Source: Negaprion brevirostris
Taxonomy: Eukaryota
Assembly: GCA_030324005.1 (NCBI GenBank)
Contig: JARDVH010000130.1
Location: forward strand, 20,726,456 to 20,790,455
DNA length: 64,000 nt
Direction: 5' to 3'
Part shown: positions 38,575 to 50,882 of the stretch, piece by piece
Layout: each line of letters begins with the position of its first letter
Position numbering within the stretch: the first letter of the stretch is position 1
Program-made: the position numbers and the translations under genes
Notes under the pieces: generated by a model
What the model saw: the letters and a program-made list of their open reading frames with translations, nothing else
Databases searched by the model: none
What the model was told of the DNA's origin: nothing

Positions 38575-41500
38575 TTCTAGGCCGAGGGCAGGCCTGGGAC
38601 TGATAAATTCCCCCGAGGACATTGCTAAACTGGTTGGGGAGGAGTTAAATTAAAATGGCAGAGGGGATGGGAACCGACACAGGGAGTCAGAGGAGAGCCA
38701 GAAAGACAAGAACAAAATACAGAAAGGGGGATAAGCCAGAGAAATCAAGGGCCCAAATTATACGGCACCACAGCGAAAAATAATGAGAATTTGACAAGTA
38801 ATGTTAAAAAGACAAACCTTAAGGCTTTGTGCCTTAGTGAATAGAGTAATCACAATAAAGTGGATGAATTAATTGTGCAAATAGATGTAAATGGGTATGA
38901 TAGAGTTGGGGTTATGGAGACATGGCTACAGGGTGACCAGTGATGGGAATTGAACACCCAAGGGTATTCAGTATTGAGGAAGGCCATCAAAAAGGAAAAG
39001 ACAGTGGAGTTACCTTACTGGTTATTGAGGATATTAACACAATAGTGAGGAAAGATATTAGTTCTGATGATGTGGAATTTGTATTGGGAGAACTGAGAAT
39101 CCCTAATGCGGGTTGTACAGAGATCACTAAACTGTAGTGGTGATGTTGGGAATGATATTAAACAGGAAATTCATGATGCATGTGATAAAGGAACATTTTT
39201 TACTTTGGGTGACTTTAATCTGCATATAGACTGGGCAATTCAAATTAGTCACAATATCATAGAGGAGGAATTCCTGGAGTGTATAAGGGATGGTTTTCTG
39301 GACCAATATGTTGAGAAACCAACTAGAGAACAGGCCATCCTAGACTGAATATTGTCTAATGAGAAAGGAATAATTGGCAATTTAGTTGTGTGAGACCTCT
39401 TGGCGACCATAATATGATTGAATCCCATCAAGTTTGAGAGTGATTATAGTTGATTCTGAGACTAGGGTTAGAATCTTAATAAAATAATTTATAATGGTAT
39501 GAGGCATGAGTTGGCTTTGATGAACTGGGAAATGTTACTTACAGTGATGACGGTGGATAGGCAATGGCGAACTCTCAAAGAGTGCACGGTTGAACTGCAA
39601 CAATTGTTTATTCCTGTCGTGTACAAAAGTAAATTGGAAAGATGGCCAAACCATGATTTACAAGGGAAATTGGAGGCAGCATGAGATCCAATGAAGGTGC
39701 ATACAAATTGGCCAGAAAAACAGACCTGAGGATTGGGAGCAGTTTAGAATTCAGCAAAGGAGGACCAGAAGATTGATTAAGAAGGGGAAAATATAGTATG
39801 AGAGTAAGCTGTAGGGAACATAAAAACCGACAGTAGAAGTTTCTATAGGTATGTGAAGAGGAAAAGATAAGTAAAGACAAATATAGGTTCCTTAAAGTCA
39901 GAAACAGAAAGATCTTTAGTGGGGAACAAAGAAATGGCTGCCCAATTAAATACATGCTTTAGTTCTTTCTTCACAAAAGAGGACACAAGTAACATATCAG
40001 AAATGTTAGGTAACACAGGGTTTAGTGAGAGGGAGGAACTGAAAGAAATCAGAGAAATGGTGTTGGAAAATTGATGGGATTGAAGGCCAATGAATCTCCA
40101 GGGCCTGATCATCTACATTCCAGAGTACTTAAGAAATTGGCCATAGAAATAATGAATGCATTGTTGGTCATCTCCCAAGATTCTATAGACTCTGGAACAG
40201 TTCCTACAGATTTGGGGGGAGATAATGTAACCCCACTATTTAAAAAGGGAGGTAGAGAGAAAACAGGGAATTATAGACCAGTCAGCCTGACACTGGTAGT
40301 GGAAAAAATTCAAGAGGCCATTGTCAAAGTTTCTCTAGCAGGGTAATTGGTAAACAGTGGTGGAATCAAACAGAGTCAGCACAGATTTAGGAAAGAGGAA
40401 ATCATGCTTGACAAATCTTCTGGAATTCTTTGAGGATGTTTTGAGTAGCTTGACGAGTGGATGTGGTTTAATTGGACTTTCAGAAGGCTTTCGGCAAACT
40501 CTCACATGAGAGATTAGCGTGTAAAATTAAAATTCTTGGGGTTGTGAGTAGTGCTTTGAGCTAGATAGAAAACTGGTTGTTAGGCAGGAAACAAAAAGTA
40601 GAATAAATGAGGCATTTTCAAGATGACAAGCAGTGATTAGTGGGGTACCACAGGGATCAGGTCTAAGGCCCTAGCAATTCACAATATGTATCAATGATTT
40701 AGATGAGACAACTAAATGTAATATCTCCAAGTTTGCAGATGATACAAGACTGAGTGGGAGGTTGAGCTGTGAGGAGGATGCAGAGATGTTTTATTGTGAT
40801 TTGGACAAGTTGAGTGAGTGGGAAAATGTATGGGGTAGATGCAGTACAATGTAGATAAATGTGGGGTTATCCACTTTGGTAGCAAAAACAGGAAGATAGG
40901 TTGTTATCTGAATGGCTATAAATTAGGAGAGAATGTGCAACAGGACCTGGGAGTTCTCGTGCACCAGGTATGCAAGGAGGTACAGCAGGCAGTAAAGAAA
41001 ACAAATAATATGTTGTCCTTCGTAGCAAGAGGATTTGAGTAGAGGAACAGGCATGTCCTGATGCAATTATACAGGGCCTTGGTGAGGCCACACCTAAAAT
41101 ATTATGTTTTTTGTCTCCTTATCTGAGGAAGGATGTTCTTGCTCTGAGGGAATGCAGAGAAGGTTTACCAGACTGATTCCTGAGATGGTGAGATTGACTT
41201 GTGAGGAGAGATTGAGTTGGTTAGGATTATATTTATTGCAGTTTTGAATAATGAGGGAGCATCTCATAGAAATCTATAAATTCTAATAGGATACACAGGA
41301 TAAATGCAGGAAGAATGTTCCTGATGTTGGAAGAGTTCAAAACCGAGGGTCACAGTCTGAAGATACAAGGTAGACCATTTAGGATTGATATGACTCTGAG
41401 ATGAAGAGAAATTTCTTTAGCCAGAAAGTGGTCAACCTGCAGATTTCGTTACCACAGAAAGCAGTTGAGGCCAAAACATTGTGTGTTTCCAAGAAGGCAG

Positions 41501-41627
41501 TAGATATAGCTCTTGGGATGAAGGGGATCAAAGAATATGGGAGGAAGGTGGAAACAGGCTATTAAGTTGGATGATCAGCCATGAATGCCCTATTGCTGTT
41601 CCTATTTTTTATGTTTCCATGTTTCTA
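38575..41627 (+). mobile_element. CR1 LINE with near-complete but disrupted ORF2 (APE endonuclease + RT) and end of ORF1
   Basis: ETWL, GDFNLHIDW, PTREQAILD, SPGPD, NYRPVSLT, SGVPQGS, KFADDT, MQYNVDKC, LVRPHL; many stops and frameshifts; (tttc.atg) tail. Confidence 0.93.
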
Positions 41628-42169
41628 CCACTGGTTTTCCAAAATGGAACACACTTCATGCATTTGTCTAAACAGTGATCATATTTATCATAAGCTTCTT
41701 AAGAAGAGAGTCCCCGACTAAAACACTGTGAGGGGGGGAGGGATGCTGCTACAATTCTTCCTGGACACGTAAGGTACTAAAGAACTTATAAGGTGCCTAA
41801 ACTGGGGTCTTGAGCTATGAGATTATTTTGGCTTATGTCTACAGCAATATTTTGTAGTGAGCACCAGGAGCAGTCCCACGGGAGTCAGGACTCTGACAAT
41901 TCATTTGCTCACACTCATTAAACGTGTTACATTCCATTTTGGTGGCTAGTGTTTCAACTAATGACCTTTCCCAAGGGTGATCAGTTGAACAGGCGTAAAC
42001 AAAATCTGCATTGCTGAGGATTTTGAGTGCAACTTAAAAGCTTTGCTCAGACTGTTCAATCACTGCTGGAGGTTTGAAGAGGACACCGGGGACAAATTCT
42101 GTCAAGGCTTTGCTCACATTATCAACATTGATTATGCAAATTATCTGAGAACATCACCAAATCAGTAGT

Positions 42170-42330
42170 AGATTCGCCAACTTTAAGGGATTCAAATGGT
42201 CATTGGATAGGCATATGGATAATATTGGAATAGTTTAGGTTAGAGGGTCATTAGATTAGATTGGTACCACTGGTCAGTGCAACATCGAGGGCTGAAGGGC
42301 CTGTACTGCATTGTAATGTTCTATGTTCTA
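42170..42330 (+). mobile_element. CR1 3' tail
   Basis: caacatcgagggctgaagggcctgtactgc...gttctatgttcta; same family as 57671. Confidence 0.8.
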
Positions 42331-43104
42331 AATGAGAGTGGGTGCAATCCATTGCATTGGAAAGCTTCAAGGAGTCTCCAGAACATAGGGGCTGCTTGGT
42401 CCTGTGTACCTGTTTGGAATCCCTCTCGAGAAGGAATGGAAGAGGCCATAAAGCCAGTTAGAGCAGCACCACTTTCTATAGGAGAGAGGGACAGAGAGGT
42501 GGGCTCCTCCCAACCATCTTCTGCAGGCATAGGGCATCTCTGCTCAGATTTCCTTCACTAACCTCTCTAGCGTCATGGCTCCAAACTTATGTGGCCTTGC
42601 CTTTCCCCCTTAAATCAAACCTGAAATGTTCCAATGTATGTGTCAGCAAATGCACTTAACACCTCCTGTGGAAGTAAATGACTGGAGGCTACATGTACAG
42701 CTCCATGAAAATTAGTGCTTGTGTGCTAAACACAGAGGTGTTGCTTCAGTGCCTCAAGGCACCTTTAAGTCATGATAATCATCAATTAATCCCAAAATTG
42801 CATGCTGAAATCGGACTTTAAATGGATGTTTCTTATTAACACAGCAACCACTCAGCATGCCTGTTTCCACACTTTCACCAGAATAACCTCTGAATGATTT
42901 TAATCAGGGTGTTACTTTGAAAACCCAAATAGAAATGATTGCATGAAGACATGTCATAGAAGTTGTGACAGCATGTGGGTGAATATAAGGATCAAGGCCT
43001 CAGGGTTTCTATGGAAGAATATTAGTGGTGAGCAATCTCTGGCCTGTAAGTTTGTTCTCAATCAAGAAAGATTGGAAAGTCTAAAGTTTGCATTTCAAAA
43101 ACAT

Positions 43105-44068
43105 CGGCCGGGATTCTCCCAAAAAATATTCTAAGTCCCCAGTTCACATGAGAATGGGAGTAATTCCTGTNNNNNNNNNNNNNNNNNNNNNNNNNNNNNN
43201 NNNNNNNNNNNNNNNNNNNNNNNNNNNNNNNNNNNNNNNNNNNNNNNNNNNNNNNNNAGGATCTATTCCTGCTGGAATGGCCAGCGGGTCACTGCACATG
43301 TGTCAATCTGACAGAAATGAGATTGGCGCATCCGTAGTGGCCCTGTACCGCTAGCCACCCGATCATCGGTCAGCCCCACAACACTCCCGTTGCTGGACTT
43401 GTGACCACCCACCCCCCCAACAGCCAAATTGCTGGCCTCTTGAACCTCCCCGAGCAAACCCCAATGACCTCCCCACCCCCAATCTCCTCGATCCCACTTG
43501 GCAGCCAACAGTCCCAACCCGCTCCACCCCTATTGATCACTCCCTATAGGTTCCATCTCCCCTCTGGCCCCATGCCTTTGGCACTGCCTAATGCCCCTTG
43601 GGCATTGCCAATTTACCCCTTGGACAGTACCAGAGGGCCAGGCTGCAACTGCCAGCCTGGCACTACCAAAGAGGCACTCCCCCCTTCCCCCTACCTTACA
43701 CACAAATTTCTGGGAGAACCTCCATGATTTCCATTCTCTCTAGTGGGGTCGGGCTACCTGTTGCCCGTTTACGGGGAGCAGTAGTAAACCCTGCTGCAGT
43801 GAACCACTCCTGGCGGGGCTGGTGGGGTGAGGCGGGGGAGATGTTTGCTGGCCTGGAGACTTCAGTCCTGGGCCTTCTAATCGGATGTAATTACTGATTT
43901 AAATATTGAAATCAGCTCTGCACCAATTTCCAGCACAGAGCTGATGATGCTACAAATCTTAGCCCCAGAGATGCACAGAAGCTGTTATGCCCAGCGGGGA
44001 GCTTGTGAAACGACCTCCGCTGATGCCTCCTGGCTCCAGCAATGCAGTGGCCTGGGAGAATTGCCTCC
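43105..44068. mobile_element. Harbinger-type MITE / non-autonomous DNA transposon
   Basis: Imperfect terminal inverted repeats ggccgggattctccc and gggagaattgcctcc; GC-rich interior; TIR resembles the one ending at 57636. Confidence 0.6.
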
Positions 44069-44084
44069 ATTTTGTCAAACTACA

Positions 44085-44420
44085 ACAGCAAGTATAGCAA
44101 CTCAGCAAGGCTGCTTGACCGCACCTTCCAAACTCATGACCATCTCGAAGGGCAAGGGCAGCAGGTGTTTGGGAACAGCACCACCTACAGGTTCCTGCTC
44201 CAAGCCACTCACCACCCCGATTCAGAATTATATCATTGTCCTTTCACTGTTGCTGGGTTAAAATCCTGGATCTCCCTTCCTCACAATACAGTGAGTGTCC
44301 CTACATTACATAGACAGCAGAGGCTCAGGAAGCCAGCTCAACACTACCTTTTCAAGTTCAATTTGGGATGGACAATAAGTATTGGCCAAAGCAGCAATGG
44401 CCACATTCTACAAAAGAATT
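44085..44420 (+). mobile_element. 3' end of CR1/L2-group LINE
   Basis: FTVAGLKSWISLP C-terminus; tail gggatggacaataagtattggcc shared with SINE family B. Confidence 0.75.
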
Positions 44421-44461
44421 TTTTAAGAAATGGGGTGGAGGGTTGGATGGAGTGGTGGAGT

Positions 44462-44756
44462 TTTTTTAAAGTTTATTTAATAGTGTCACAAGCATTAACA
44501 CTGCGATGAGGTTACTATGAAAATCATCTAGTCGCTACACCCTGATACCTGTTCAAGTACACTGAGGGAGAATCTAACATAACCAATGCACCAACCAGCA
44601 CATCTTTCAGACTTTGAGAGGAAACCGGTGCACCCGGAGGAAACCCATGCAGACAGGGGGGATAATGTGCAAACTCTGCACTGACAATGACCCAAGCCGG
44701 GAATTGAACATGGGTTCTTGGCGCTGTGAGGCAGCAGTGCTAACCACTGTGCCACT
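44462..44756 (-). mobile_element. HE1-like V-SINE, tail B
   Basis: Full head, V domain, tail. Confidence 0.9.
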
Positions 44757-45159
44757 GTGTGGCCTCTGGGGTTGTCGGTGGAGTGCCTGCCATCTTCCCA
44801 CCATCATGCCAGCAATGGAATAGGTGGCAGATGGCTGTCCTGAACAGGCACAGATTAAATCACTTAAGTAGCTAATTAATGGCCACTTCCAACTGCCCAT
44901 TGGCAGTTTAGCCCAAGTTGGGACATTGAGAAGTGGGGGGAGAGAATCAATCACATGGGGAAACTGGCTATCGGGCTTCTCTTTGGCCCACGGAGGGATC
45001 CCTTGTTAACAATGGTCATCCAGCAGAACAGCAAAGTGGAGTCACCTATCCTCGCTCGNNNNNNNNNNNNNNNNNNNNNNNNNNNNNNNNNNNNNNNNNN
45101 NNNNNNNNNNNNNNNNNNNNNNNNNNNNNNNNNNNNNNNNNNNNNNNNNNNNNNNNNNT

Positions 45160-45950
45160 TCTGTTCCCACTGATTGCCGCCAGTGAGCGGGGTTGCCGCG
45201 TTTGCTGGGATGAGGGAGATAAATGAAATAACACACAGTTGTAGTGACAAGAGCGGTTAAAAAAAAAACCCCTGAGCAAATTATGCAAATGCTGCTGTTT
45301 TTTAGAGCAGTTCCCACACACTGTCAGGCATTGGAAACTCTTCGCAGACACTTTCCCAGATGATGTCATGGAACTCTCACTAATCACTATTGAAATTAAA
45401 CTTTACAAAGGACTGGGTGACAACACACAGTAAAACATTAACATTACGGGTAAATCTTTCACATTAAAAGGGCCCCTGTTGACAGCAGCTGCTTTTTTTC
45501 TTGAGGGTGGCATCCCCTTTGGTGAAGATTAAACCCAGATGACAATGGAAGTTCCCCCCACCCGCGTATTACGGTTCGCACCGTCGAACCAAAGGTGCGA
45601 CTGTACGTGATCTCTTTCGCGGCCCTTTTGACTGCAGTGGGATTTTGGTGGCAGTTCCCCGCGATGCACGTTTTGCTCAGCCTAGACTGGTTTTCATGCT
45701 TTAGGACGTTTGAACAAGCCGGACTGTCTACAATGGAGCCCGTCTCCAGACATTCCACAGTGCGTGTCTGTCATTCATATTCAATCTGTGCGTGCCTGGC
45801 TTTTCTCTCTCTCTCGTTTGGGAGACAGCCAATCGTCGCCACCTCGGGGGCAGCGAGGGATGGACGACAAACGGTGGGCTCGCCAGCGATATTCCAGGAG
45901 AGAGTTTTCCAAAATCCCTGAAACCACAGTTTCCTACTTACACCCGCATT
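45160..45950. promoter_or_regulatory. CpG-island-like unique sequence, candidate intronic enhancer or alternative promoter
   Basis: About 29 CpGs counted by eye in 45560-45950 against a CpG-depleted background; CCAAT at 45829, octamer at 45283; no repeat recognised. Confidence 0.55.
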
Positions 45951-46034
45951 GATGCAATGTCAGTGGAATTAATGGAAAAAGTTCATATTTCGCATTATTA
46001 GCTCAGTCACCAGTTCCATTCCTATGATTTTATG

Positions 46035-46305
46035 CGGCACAGTGGTTAGCACTGCTGCCTCACAGTGCCAGGGACCTGGGCTCGATTCCTAGTTTGGGTC
46101 ACTTTCTGTGTGGAGTTTGCACATTCTCCCCCGTATCTGTATGGGTTTCCTCCCACAATCTGAAAGACTGTCCTGTTTAGGTGCATTGGCCATACTAAAT
46201 TCTCCCTTAGTGTACCTGAACAGGTGCCGGAGTTTGGTGATGAGGGGATTTTCACAGTAACTTTATTGCAGTGTTAATGTAAGCCGACGTGACATTAATA
46301 AATAA
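46035..46305 (+). mobile_element. HE1-like V-SINE, tail B
   Basis: Full head and tail. Confidence 0.9.
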
Positions 46306-47089
46306 GCTTAGTCTGTTTTGATGCCTTATTTTTAAAGAAATAAATCATTGGTGTATTTAGTTGTCCCAAATATTTTGTGGATAAAACTGGCATACAACAT
46401 TTGGGGCCTCCATTTCCTTTGAGCAATCAACAGGGATCTTTAAAGATGTATTCTATTGAAAATCTGTTAACAAAATTGAACTGCTCACCATTTGCGACTT
46501 GGGACTATGATTTACATTGTTAACCCACACGGTTTTTGTTGTTTTATCATTTAATTTTATGTTTTTCAGTTTATTCTCTCACTTAACAACAGCTGTCAGG
46601 TTGTTGGTTCCAATCAGACATTATCCAACAGGCCTACGATATGTTGCACCTAGTATTCAATAATACTTGGCAAAATTTCACAGGAAAAGCTATTACTTAA
46701 ATAGCCTGACTGAAAGAGAACAATGGATATTTGTTAAAAGCATTGTGTTGAAATTGGGCGGGAAGTGGAGACAAGCATGGAGTGCAATACCTCACTGATT
46801 AGCACTAATTGAGAATCATTACCATTTTGTACATTAATGACATGGACTTGGAAACTCAAAGCAACTGAGGAATTTTCAGCTGCTGCCAGTTAGAAGGGGC
46901 CATGTATTTTAAAAGGCAGCTCAGAAATTTGTACGTTAACAGCATTGGGCAGGTGAAATTTAACAAGGTTAGGTGTAAATCATCATGCACACCCAACTCT
47001 ATCTCACCGCCCCCTCTCTCCGTTTTTCCACTGCCTCTAATTATCACATTGCTTATTTCTGCAACTAAATATTGGCAAAACTGAAGCCT

Positions 47090-47932
47090 TTTTCTCTGGA
47101 TGCCCTCACTAAATCTGCTCTCTAGTCACTAACTCCATCCTGTTCCCTGATTACAACCTGAGGCTCAATCAGATGCTTCCTTATCTTAAAGTCTTAAGTG
47201 ACGCTGAGCTGGACTTCTGGTCCCATATCCACTTCACCAAAACTGCTTACTTCCATCTCTGTAACATTGTCTGTCCCAATTTCTGCCTCAGCTCATCTCC
47301 TTCTGTGGATCAGTTCATCTGTGTCCTTGTTGCCTTGAAACCCAACTCCTCCAATATTTCCCAGCCAGCCTCTCATCTTCCAATTGACACAAACTACAGC
47401 TTGTTCAAAACTCTGCTGTCTGTGCCACACTGAGCCATCTTCACCGATCACCCATGTGCTTGTTGACCGACATTACTTCCCAATGTAGCAACGTCTTGAT
47501 TTTAAAAATGCTCATTGATATTTTCAAATTCCTCCATGGCCTCACCTCTCCCAATCTCTGAGATCTCAGTGTTCTTCCAATGCTGATCTCTTAATCATCC
47601 CCAATTTTAATCTTTCAACTATTGGCAGTCTGGGCTTTAAACTCGGAAATTCACGCCCTCCACCTCTCCAGATGGGATTAGGTGGAAGTTCAGGTGTTTC
47701 TTGCACGTCGGTGCAGATTTGACGGGCCGATGGACCTCTTCTGCACTGTATGATTCTAAATCTCTTCTTCTTCAGGTGCACCTTAACATCTACCTCTCTG
47801 ATGAAGCTTTTGGTCATCTGTCTAATATCTCCTTGTTGTTGGTCAGTGTCAAATTTTGTTTGGTAACATTGCTGTGAAGTTCCTTGGGATGCTGTAGGTA
47901 TTAAATATGCTGTCTAAATGAAGGTTGTTGTT
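47090..47932 (+). mobile_element. L2 LINE 3' fragment with an inserted SINE/CR1 tail (~47670-47760)
   Basis: DAELDFWSHI..TKTAYFHLCNI, L2 tail gtgaagttccttgggatg...taaatg. Confidence 0.8.
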
Positions 47933-49376
47933 AAATAGCTTCACACGTAGCTGACTGAATAAAAACTTCATCATACTCAACAAAGGCCAAGATTGCCTCC
48001 TCATTAATAATCGTTGATTTGTTTGTGATGCATTAAGTATTCATTAACATGTTTTTCTTTTGCATGTTTTCTGTTCCTCACAAAATTATTTACCTGCTTT
48101 TAATCTTGTGTTCTGGAAGATCATTCTACAGAGGCTGATTAAGCTTATCATTGTATAATTATGTATCAATAACATAATCGTGTACAATAGCATAAACATT
48201 TGAGCCTTCTTGTCACGTAGACATGTACCATATATCCAAATCTTCCAAAAGGGCAGTGACACCTGCTGCACATGTTTTAATAAGCTTTTCATATTTAACA
48301 TTTTCAAATAATTGTGCTTCCATCTTCAAGAATTCAAAGACTTTCAGATTAATGGTAGCATTAGCTGTTGCTCCAAACATTTCCTTTATGTTCCTTCTTG
48401 CTAGTTTAAAATGTTTGTTTGTTGTCTTGATTAATATTGATGAGTCTTGACATTCACCAGTCATTTTCTGACACTGTACATTGATCTGAATCCTCAGTAG
48501 GTTACCCAGTGTTGTTTCTTGATCCTAATCATGCTGTTACTATTCCTCCTCCTCCACCCAGGGGTGTGTGAGGCAGATTTTCATCTGTTTCCATGGCTAG
48601 ATTTTCCTGGAGCAGGTCACCAGCCTGTCACCAGAGACTTATAGCGTGCCACTCTGCATCAGGCATTGCTGACCATCCTGCTGTTACCACCTGCCACTGT
48701 CATGTGTTGGAAGTGTCTTGTAGGTTGATATTCAACCGGTTTGGTCATATTAAAAACACACCTTCCTTACACATCAAGTACTGAGGTGGGACTTGAACTT
48801 GGAATTTTGGCTCAGGGGCAGAAATGCGATCCACTGTACCACAAGACCTCTCTAATCATGCGCTATATGTTTTTCTTTCTCCCTATTTTCTTATCTTTGC
48901 CCTTACAAGAGGACCCAAGGCAATGACATTGACATTTTTCCGACTTCTCAACCATAATATACATCTCCTTCAATATTCACGGATATTTTCTCAATATCTG
49001 GTCTTTCATCAAATGCACTTTAATGACCTGCTGTATTTTCCACTTTCATTTCCTATCCCTCACACTTGAAGACGTGCTAAATCTGCACTGAACATTTAGC
49101 TCAGAAACCTCAGCTCCATTACCCTGTTTATTTAATTTCAAGTTTTGTTTTGTCCTTGAGGTGTTGCTAAATGGAGCATTTGACCATTTCAGCCATTCAA
49201 GTCAGTATCAAGTTTCCTGGGTCAGACATAGCAAGATGCAAAATAATGGTATCCCAACTCTATCCCTATATTGTGACATTAAATCCTACACCACAACTTC
49301 AAAGAAGGTACATCCCTACCTTATCCCATCAGATTAGTGGGACATCGCTTTCCACTTCCAATGCTAACCACTATAA

Positions 49377-49665
49377 GGTGGCACGGTGGTTAGCACTGCT
49401 AACTCACAGAGCCAGGAACCAGGGTCTGATTCCAGTCTTGGGTCCCTGTCTATATGGAGTTTGTATGTCCCCCTTGTGTCTGTGTGCATTTCCCCTGGGT
49501 GCCCTGGTATCCTCCCACAGTCCAAAAGACGTGCTGGTTAGGTGCTTTGGTCATGCTAAATTCTCCCTCGGTGAACCCAAACAGGTGCCAGAATGCGGCA
49601 ACGCAGGGATTTTCACAGTAACTTCTTTGCAGTGCTAAAGATTGTGCTGCTAATAAAATAAACTT
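49377..49665 (+). mobile_element. HE1-like V-SINE, tail B
   Basis: Full head, V domain, tail. Confidence 0.9.
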
Positions 49666-50323
49666 AATATCTGAGTTGCATCACAGATTAATAATATTGC
49701 CCAGAGCTGGATTTAACCTGTCCAAATGTACACAGAATTTCTATAGTCAGTAGATAGAGGAACTTCCATGATAGGAGTCAGGGGACTGATTTGAACCCAT
49801 ATGCCATCGATTAGCATCTTAGTTTTTTTTTATTACATCACCTATTCACTTTGAACATTGGAAAACATTTTACTGGCCGTTGATATAGAGAAAGAATTCT
49901 ACTTTTTCAATTGGTGGCTAGTAGTCATTGTGAATTTTGTGTATGTTTCTATAATATTTGGCCTCTCATTTCTCTTGAGAGGAATGAAGTCAGTCTGATT
50001 ATATTGTTCAAAAGGTAACAATTATATTGCCAATCTCCAAAGATGATCAAACAGGGTGTTAACCTCCAGAGGTTTATTTTGCCTTAGCAAAAATCTGCAA
50101 GTTTGTCAAACATTCAAACGTTCCCATGTACAATACCATTGCCTTGTCAACTCTCTTCCATAGCTTTGTCAAATTTATCTTTCAAGCTGGCATTTAAGTA
50201 TTTGCAACATCTCGTGAGCAGTTGTCATTGGAGACACAGACTGGAATAATTGTGATGCCTTTGGGAACTTTACAAAGTCATCAATCTGTTGGAGATGAAA
50301 CATAGAAAATAGGAGCAAGAATT

Positions 50324-50578
50324 TGGGGTGGGTTTAGCTCAGTTGGCTGGATGGCTGATCACTGCTGCAAAGCGACACCGACAATGCGGGTTCAATTCCG
50401 TACTGGCTGAGGTTATTCATGAAGGCCCCGCCCTCCCAACCTTGCCCCTCGCCTGAAGTGTGGTAACCCTCAGGTTAAATCACCACCTGTCAGTTCTCAC
50501 GCCTCCCCCGCCTCCCCCGCCTCCACAAAAGACAGAGAGAAGCCGATATTCATCTGGACTGTGGCAACTTTATCTTTA
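50324..50578 (+). mobile_element. tRNA-derived SINE (here family C)
   Basis: A box tagctcagttgg, B box ggttcaattcc, body ccctcaggttaaatcaccacc, tail gactgtggcaacttta. Confidence 0.75.
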
Positions 50579-50579
50579 T

Positions 50580-50882
50580 GGAGGCACACTGGCAAAGTGG
50601 TTAGCATCGTTGTCTCACAAAGACTTGGGTTCAATTTCAATTCCAGCCTTGGGTAACTGTATGGAGTTTGCATACTATTCTTGTGCCTGCATGGGTTTCC
50701 ACTGGGTGCTCCGGTTTCCTCCCACAGTCCAAACTTGTGCAAGTTAGGTTTATTGACCATGCTAAATTGCCTGAGCGTCAGCAGGATTCGTCGGGTAAAT
50801 ATGTGGGGTTATGCGTATAGGACCTGTTGTTGGTGCAGACCAAATGGCCTTTTTTCTGCACTGTAGGAATTCTGTAATTCTC
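50580..50882 (+). mobile_element. HE1-type V-SINE
   Basis: Head, V domain, ctgcactgtaggaattct tail. Confidence 0.88.

Noticed and set aside
45459-45921. 99-108 aa ORFs over the CpG island
   Set aside because: Non-ATG starts, no recognisable domain; expected in GC-rich DNA
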